From contig OZ024760.1 in NCBI GenBank assembly GCA_964016885.1, positions 21,018,001 to 21,082,000 on the forward strand: DNA of 64,000 nucleotides, in the 5' to 3' direction. The notes under the pieces were generated by a model that saw only the letters and a program-made list of their open reading frames with translations, made no database searches and was not told the DNA's origin. Every line of letters begins with the position of its first letter. The stretch's first letter is position 1. The stretch comes from Eledone cirrhosa. Lineage: Eukaryota. A program made the position numbers and the translations under genes. This document shows, in pieces, positions 56,526 through 64,000 of the stretch.

Positions 56526-56574
56526 GATTCTACAGGACTAGAACTGTTTCATTCTTTAGAAATCATCAGGAATC
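56526..56574 (-). ncRNA. Type I hammerhead ribozyme, family A
   Basis: Minus strand reads gattc CTGATGA tttctaaagaat GAAA cag ttctagtc ctg TA gaatc. Perfect stem I, 4-bp stem III, GUA cleavage triplet. Confidence 0.82.
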
Positions 56575-56844
56575 ATTCTAAAGAATGAAACAGTTCCAGT
56601 CCTGTAGAATCTCATCTATATTAAAACTTTTATACTCTGCTATGTATTGAGTACCTTACTTACTGTGGTTACCTCCGATTCAACCCGGAATAACGTATAT
56701 ATATATATATATATATATATACCTATACACACATATATGTGTGTATATATATATATATATAAAAGTATGTATGTATAATACTCCACACACAACACTCCTA
56801 CATCTAATATTATTTTGCCCATTGCCTTCATCACATGAATAGCA

Positions 56845-57192
56845 ATAGATTTGATCATAGGCCTTGTCTATTAGGCAGACCTAGGGTTAAATAACAAAAG
56901 GTTCAATCATAGGCCCCGTCTATTAGACAGACCTAGGGTTAAATAACAAAAGGTTCAATCATAGGTCCCGTCTATTAGACAGACCTAGGGTTAAATAACA
57001 AAAGGTTCAATCATAGGCCCCGTCTATTAGACAGACCTAGGGTTAAATAACAAAAGGTTCAATCATAGGCCCCGTCTATTAGACAGACCTAGGGTTAAAT
57101 AACAAAAGGTTCAATCATAGGCCCCGTCTATTTGACAGACCTAGGGTTAAATAACAATAGGCCTTGTCTATTAGGCAGACCTAGGGTTAAAC
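56845..57192. repeat. 52-bp tandem repeat, about 6 copies; inverted copy at 57731-57790
   Basis: Unit aggccccgtctattagacagacctagggttaaataacaaaaggttcaatcat. Confidence 0.92.
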
Positions 57193-57506
57193 AACAGCAA
57201 TTATTAAACGAGGAGATTCGTAATGTACCCTATCATGTGAAATAACGAGCTGATAATAGATTTAATAAACTCTACTTAACATTGAGATGGTCTTTAGAGG
57301 GTTTTTCACCCCTTCCCCTCTTGTGGTAATGTGTGTGTGTGTATAGGTGTTGCCATGTCTTTTAAAGAAACAAAACTAAATATATACACGCAGCTACCTC
57401 TTCTAACTAAACATACATGTTACCCTCCTCTATTATGAAACAAAACTAACCATGATCTGTATATATACACACCTCTTCTAACATGTTACAACTAAATCTT
57501 CTCTTG

Positions 57507-57690
57507 AGGAAATGTGGTAAGGAACCAGTTGGACCATAACGCACCAAAGTACTCAATACTTAGGGTAGTAGAGTGGGTAATAGGAACGAGTAGGACCCCG
57601 ACGGCTGAGCTCAAGCTGTTTCGACGGCTAATTGAGTCCAGAATTAGCCGTCGAAACGGCTTGAGCTCAGCCGTCGGGGTCCTACTCGTT

Positions 57691-57695
<5 letters not shown>
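57507..57695. mobile_element. Family E module folded back at hammerhead stem II
   Basis: gacggctaatt gagtccag aattagccgtc GAAAcggct tgagctc agccGTC ggggtcc; palindrome 57584-57695, then (TA)n. Confidence 0.68.
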
Positions 57696-57734
<39 letters not shown>

Positions 57735-57954
57735 TCTGCCTAATAGACAAGGCCTATGATCAAACCTATTGTTATTTAACCCTAGGTCTGTCGTTCTAAA
57801 ACTTTGCCAATTCGCTGCCTTGTTTTGTTGTATAACCTGGTTTACTGTGACATAGTCCACTCATGTTTCTACAGAAATCTGAATCTTCGTGTTTACATAA
57901 AAAATTTGTTATTTTCAAATAAACAAACCTTGATTATTTCAAAATGTTTAACGT

Positions 57955-58290
57955 TTGTCTCAAGCTCGGAGTCTCATTAGGATGGTACTTATCTAGGATT
58001 CCTTGGTATTAAGCACTTGAAAGTACAAAACTTCCTCCTGGGTAGGATGCTAGTCCATTGCAGGATTGAAGTCTGTCTCAAGCCCGGAGTCTCATTAGGA
58101 TGGTACTTATCTTGGATTCCTTGGTATTAAGCACTTGAAAGTACAAAACTTCCCCCTGGATAGGATGCTAGTCCATTGCAGGATTGAAGTCTGTTTCAAG
58201 CCCGGAGTCTCATTAGATAGGTGCTTCTCCCAAATTCTTTGGTATGAAACAGCTGACCATTGCAGAATTAAAGTCTGTCTCAAAGTGCTT
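57955..58290. repeat. ~119-bp tandem repeat, about 3 copies
   Basis: ggagtctcattag recurs near 57968, 58086 and 58204. Confidence 0.85.
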
Positions 58291-58446
58291 ATCCCAGTTT
58301 CCTTGGTGTTATGCAACTGAGAGTACAAGACTTCCCTTGGACAGGATGCCTGTCCATCACAAAGTTTAACCCCAACAATTTCTGGTACTCCAGTCCAGGA
58401 ATCAAAACCATGATCTGTTTGATTTCATTCATGTCAAGGCTGAAAC

Positions 58447-60035
58447 TGTACTCACCACACTTGGCCAATTACATGTTGGTGGGGCTATTTAACTTATTGT
58501 TGGGGTGGATGGTTGTGTACTCACCACACTTGGCCAATTACATGTTGGTGGGGCTATTTAACTTATTGTTGGGGTGGATGGTTGTGTACTCACCACACTT
58601 GGCCAATTACATGTTGGTGAGGCTATTTAACTTATTGTTGGGGTGGATGGTTGTGTACTCACCACACTTGGCCAATTACATGTTGGTGGGGCTATTTAAC
58701 TTATTGTTGGGGTGGATGGTTGTGTACTCACCACACTTGGCCAATTACATGTTGGTGAGGCTATTTAACTTATTGTTGGGGTGGATGGTTGTGTACTCAC
58801 CACACTTGGCCAATTACATGTTGGTGAGGCTATTTAACTTATTGTTGGGGTGGATGGTTGTGTACTCACCACACTTGGCCAATTACATGTTGGTGGGGCT
58901 ATTTAACTTATTGTTGGGGTGGATGGTTGTGTACTCACCACACTTGGCCAATGACATGTTGGTGAGGCTATTTAACTTATTGTTGGGGTGGATGGTTGTG
59001 TACTCACCACACTTGGCCAATGACATGTTGGTGAGGCTATTTAACTTATTGTTGGGGTGGATGGTTGTGTACTCACCACACCTGGCCAATTACATGTTGG
59101 TGAGGCTATTTAACTTATTGTTGGGGTGGATGGTTGTGTACTCACCACACTTGGCCAATGACATGTTGGTGAGGCTATTTAACTTATTGTTGGGGTGGAT
59201 GGTTGTGTACTCACCACACTTGGCCAATGACATGTTGGTGAGGCTATTTAACTTATTGTTGGGGTGGATGGTTGTGTACTCACCACACCTGGCCAATTAC
59301 ATGTTGGTGAGGCTATTTAACTTATTGTTGGGGTGGATGGTTGTGTACTCACCACACTTGGCCAATGACATGTTGGTGAGGCTATTTAACTTATTGTTGG
59401 GGTGGATGGTTGTGTACTCACCACACTTGGCCAATTACATGTTGGTGGGGCTATTTAACTTATTGTTGGGGTGGATGGTTGTGTACTCACCACACCTGGC
59501 CAATGACATTTTGGTGAGGCTATTTAACTTATTGTTGGGGTGGATGGTTGTGTACTCACCACACTTGGCCAATTACATGTTGGTGAGGCTATTTAACTTA
59601 TTGTTGGGGTGGATGGTTGTGTACTCACCACACTTGGCCAATTACATGTTGGTGGGGCTATTTAACTTATTGTTGGGGTGGATGGTTGTGTACTCACCAC
59701 ACTTGGCCAATGACATGTTGGTGAGGCTATTTAACTTATTGTTGGGGTGGATGGTTGTGTACTCACCACACCTGGCCAATTACATGTTGGTGAGGCTATT
59801 TAACTTATTGTTGGGGTGGATGGTTGTGTACTCACCACACTTGGCCAATGACATGTTGGTGAGGCTATTTAACTTATTGCTGGGGTGGATGGTTGTGTAC
59901 TCACCACACCTGGCCAATTACAGGTTGGTGAGGCTATTTAACTTATTGTTGGGGTGGATGGTTGTGTACTCACCACACTTGGCCAATTACAGGTTGGTGA
60001 GGCTATTTAACTTATTGTTAGGGTGGATGGTTGTT
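58447..60035. repeat. 69-bp minisatellite, 23 copies
   Basis: Unit tgtactcaccacacttggccaattacatgttggtgaggctatttaacttattgttggggtggatggttg. Confidence 0.98.
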
Positions 60036-60294
60036 GTTTCTGAGGAGTTCATGTGCTCTTTTAATAGCTCTTGTTTTTTCTGCTGCTGGGATTCCACTTA
60101 CCCTTCTCATCAGACAAGGGGTCTGGTGGAGGAGCCAGTTTAGTCACCGACCACTTGACCATGAAGCATGTTGTCCTAGTTTACATGGTACCTTAACTTT
60201 TTTTTATCTACTTTTAATATCAATCATAAATCAAAGGAAAGTAAAATTACGGTATATTATTCAATTACATAAATCTAAGACCAAACTAAAATAT

Positions 60295-60680
60295 AATAAT
60301 TGTTTCTACTTTAAGCACAAGGCCAGCAATTACCCAGTGCATTACTGGTACTTTATTTTATCGACCCCTTAAGGATGAAAGGCAAAGTCAACCTCGGCGG
60401 GATTTGAACTCAGAATGGCAAGGGCCGTAACTCTATACGTCAAAGCATGGCGTCCGACCCTCTCCCAATACTGCCAATCCACCGCCCTAGACCAAACTAA
60501 AATATAATAATGATTGCTACTATAGGCACAAGGCCAGAAATTTGGGGGAGGGGAAGTCAACCCCAGTTTGTAACTGGTATTTTATTTTATCGATCCCATA
60601 AGAATAAAAGGCAAAGCTAACTTTTGTGGGATTTGTAACACTATGCTGCGAAGCATGGTGTCCGACGCTCTACTGATTCT
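60295..60680 (-). mobile_element. Two tandem Meta-type SINEs (60295-60487 and 60510-60680)
   Basis: Reverse complement of the 21305 family; the first copy has an intact head. Confidence 0.85.
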
Positions 60681-60989
60681 GAACGAATATCAGACATGGC
60701 TGTGTGGGTAAAAGGGTTGTTTCAGGTTAGATTCCACTGCATAGTACTGTGGGAAAAACTGTTTTCTACTATAGCTTCAGGTTGATCAATGCATCGTAAG
60801 TGAAAGTTGGTAGATGGAAACTGTGTGGAAGCCTGTCACACACACACATATCCATATGTGTAGATCAGTGTCCCTGTTTAAATTCACTATTGATGTCCTG
60901 TAACTTAGCAGTTAGACACATAGAAATGGATAACATAAGTACCAGACTTGAGAAAAAACCCCACCTGGAGTCGATATGATTAACTAAAT

Positions 60990-61268
60990 ATGGCCACAGT
61001 CTAATGACTGAACCTAGTAAACGCAGTGCCCCAGCATGGCCATAGTCTAATGACTGAACCTAGTGAAGGCAGTGCCCCAGCATGGCCATAGTCTAATGAC
61101 TGAAACCAGTAAAGACAGTATCCCAGCATAGCCGCAGTCTAATGACTGAACCTAGTAAACTCAGTGCCCCAGCATGGCCAGAATCTAATGACTCAAACCA
61201 GTAAAAGCAGTGCCCCAGCATGGTCACAGTCTGACTGAAACCTAATAGAAGTACAGTGTTCCAGCTAG
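60990..61268 (+). repeat. ~43-45-bp tandem repeat, probably an amplified SINE tail
   Basis: cagtgccccagcatggccatagtctaatgactgaacctagtaa, about 6 copies, following a decayed SINE at 60695-60990. Confidence 0.75.
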
Positions 61269-61319
61269 GCCTGCATTTTCCACTACACATTCCACATACA
61301 CCCACACCAAATTATGTTA

Positions 61320-61630
61320 TAAGTAATAACACAATTCGACCCTCTCAACTGCTTTGGATATTTCCACAATGCTGTTCCGAGGGAAAGTCCCCAAACACTC
61401 CTTCCAGCAGGTCCTGTCAGAAGCAACTGTTCCCATCTGATCTGACTGAATCCCCAAGTAAGACCAGCTAAGCTCATTGATGTTACCAAAACATCTTTCT
61501 TGGGGTCTACCCCTGGGTCTCTTGCCAGTTGGTTTTGCCCGTAAAATCTGTCCAGTGATTATTTCCTGAGACATTCTAACCACATACCCCATAGTATCGC
61601 AGCTGGTATCTCTCAATTTAGAGAAGTAGC
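61320..61630 (-). mobile_element. Decayed RTE-like LINE 3' end
   Basis: GYVVRM..GKRPRGRP..DRTCWK. Confidence 0.7.
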
Positions 61631-61684
61631 TGTTCTACCTCTCTTTACCGTTTCTTTAATATATTCTTTAATATATCTCCTGAG

Positions 61685-62812
61685 GGAGAGAGGGAGGGAG
61701 GGGACAGTCTCCTCTAATAATGAGGGAGGGGGAGGTCAAAGGATCAGTCTCCTGTAGTAATGTGAGGGAGGGAGGGGGAGGTAAAAGGATCAGTCCTCTG
61801 TAGTAATGAGAGAGGGAGGGAGGGGGAGGTAGGAGGTAAAAGGATCAGTCTCCTGTAGTAATGAGAGAGAGGGAGGGAGGGGGAGGTAAAAGGATCAGTC
61901 TCCTGTAGTAATGAGAGAGAGGGAGGGAGGGGGAGGTAAAAGGAACAGTCTCCTGTAGTAATGAGAGAGGGAGGGAGGGGGAGGTAAAAGGAACAGTCTC
62001 CTGTAGTAATGAGAGAGGGAGGGAGGGGGAGGTAAAAGGAACAGTCTCCTGTAGTAATGAGAGAGGGAGGGAGGGGGAGGTAAAAGGAACAGTCTCCTGT
62101 AGTAATGAGAGAGAGGGAGGGAGGGGGAGGTAAAAGGATCAGTCTCCTGTAGTAATGAGAGAGAGGGAGGGAGGGGGAGGTAAAAGGATCAGTCTCCTGT
62201 AGTAATGAGAGAGGGAGGGAGGGGGAGGTAAAAGGAACAGTCTCCTGTAGTAATGAGAGAGGGAGGGAGGGGGAGGTAAAAGGAACAGTCTCCTGTAGTA
62301 ATGAGAGAGAGGGAGGGAGGGGGAGGTAGGAGGTAAAAGGAACAGTCTCCTGTAGTAATGAGAGAGGGAGGGAGGGGGAGGTAGGAGGTAAAAGGATCAG
62401 TCTCCTGTAGTAATGAGAGAGAGGGAGGGAGGGGGAGGTAAAAGGAACAGTCTCCTGTAGTAATGAGAGAGAGGGAGGGAGGGGGAGGTAAAAGGAACAG
62501 TCTCCTGTAGTAATGAGAGAGAGGGAGGGAGGGGGAGGTAAAAGGATCAGTCTCCTGTAGTAATGAGAGAGAGGGAGGGAGGGGGAGGTAAAAGGATCAG
62601 TCTCCTGTAGTAATGAGAGAGAGGGAGGGAGGGGGAGGTAAAAGGAACAGTCTCCTGTAGTAATGAGAGAGGGAGGGAGGGGGAGGTAAAAGGAACAGTC
62701 TCCTGTAGTAATGTGAGAGAGAGGGAGGGAGGGGGAGGTAAAAGGAACAGTCTCCTGTAGTAATGAGAGAGAGGGAGGGAGGGGGAGGTAAAAGGAACAG
62801 TCTCCTGTAGAG
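61685..62812. repeat. 52-60-bp purine-rich minisatellite, about 20 copies
   Basis: Unit cagtctcctgtagtaatgagagagggagggagggggaggtaaaagga. Confidence 0.96.
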
Positions 62813-64000
62813 ATATACGACTTGTAATATGGAATGGGTGTGTGTGGACTGTGTAGTGGACACGAGACATCCTTAAATATATATTTTGTTACTGATAATG
62901 AATAAATCAACGACACGACTATAACGCAACGATATAAAGTAAATATGATACAAGGGAGATAACTCTAAAAATACAAAAGGAGATGGGAGATAACTCTACA
63001 GATAAACAGTGTAGGGGAAATAATTTTCGATATTTACTGATTTTTTTTTCTTTTAGTTCAAACCTCTGAGCTCGCGTTTAAACCGGTTGATGGTGGTGGG
63101 GGTTGTTTAATCCCAGGTCAGCCCCAATGGAGCGAACCTATATTGAAAGGCGTTCCAGCCACAACTGTCCCGTCACTGTGCTACTATTTAAAAAAAAAGG
63201 ACAGCAGTGTAATTTGGCTGTCATTTCTAGTAAGTATAGTAATCAGGTAAAGGACTCCTCTGTTTAGCCCTAGGTCAGACCTAATGGATCAGTCCTATGA
63301 TTTAGATATCGAACACATCTAACACTTTCGGTGGATAAGATTTTCTTAGTTACCATAACTACCTGACTATTTAAAAAAAAAAGCTTTTGACCCTCCGTGT
63401 AATCTCATCGACCCCCTTCGTAGACACGTCGACCCATACTCAGGCCCATCGATCCCTGGAATCTGATATGGGACACTTTAGGGACCTCTGGGCTAGAATG
63501 AGAGCATGTAGCTCCATGCTAGGAATTCTGACCTCATAGAATCGATACCGTATCAGTCAATAACTACTAGAAATTTCAATTGATCCTCTATGTAGCCCCA
63601 GAGTCATCCTACAGTCCTCCCACTGTAGTCCCCCCCCCGCCCCACTGTACTCTCACAATCCCTAAGTTCCCTGGACAATCCAACCAATAAACTCCCATGT
63701 GAGTCCCATAATCTTATTTGCAATCTCATCAATCTCTGGATAACTCAATAAGTCCTTGGGAAATCCCATTGACCAATGTGTAGTTCCATAGTCCCGTGGG
63801 TAGTCCTATCAACACCTAGGTGGGTCAATATCAACAACTTTTGTCCCACCCCCACCCTATCTCCTCTGGATTGTAAAAAAAATTATTTATTAACCACACA
63901 TCTGTTTGTTTGAATTTATTTGAAATACCATTTCTAAAGTGATATTTTTGTTTTTAAATTCTCTTGCTCCACCACTTCTTCTAGGTCCCAACTGCCATTG

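Noticed and set aside
58311-60143. 610-aa ORF of 23-aa hydrophobic repeats
   Set aside because: The 69-bp minisatellite is a multiple of 3 and stop-free in one frame by chance. Unit variants change amino acids (Y/D, G/R, M/R), giving no sign of coding constraint.
61744-62916. 390-aa Pro/Leu/Ser-rich ORF
   Set aside because: Minisatellite translation that drifts between unit frames.

Overview
AT-rich, repeat-saturated animal genomic DNA. The SINE, LINE and microsatellite complement looks cephalopod (octopus-like); this is an inference. Most listed ORFs are artefacts of (TA)n, (GA)n, (TACA)n and minisatellites. Supported content: (1) a degenerate CR1-group LINE, four copies of an RTE LINE whose reverse transcriptase carries an inserted PHD-type zinc finger, fragments of a second RTE family (one with twin-priming geometry, one with an empty-site paralog nearby) and an L1/Tx1 3' end; (2) a 5'-truncated Neptune-type Penelope-like element (RT plus GIY-YIG) abutting a 1.9-kb (TA)n tract; (3) Helitrons (one with a Pif1 helicase C-terminal remnant), MITEs, CORE- and Meta-type tRNA SINEs and many minisatellites; (4) the first two coding exons of a minus-strand host gene for a secreted protein, which the ORF track misses. 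The most striking signal is about 15 intact, degenerate or half type-I hammerhead ribozyme motifs from about six sequence families. They lie in short modules beside (TA)n, mostly within long fold-back palindromes, and most share a second downstream hairpin. One family links directly to the Neptune element. A duplicated exon-like segment encoding RQKR plus a CRF/ELH-like 33-mer flanks a 4.5-kb satellite. All folds and alignments were done by eye.
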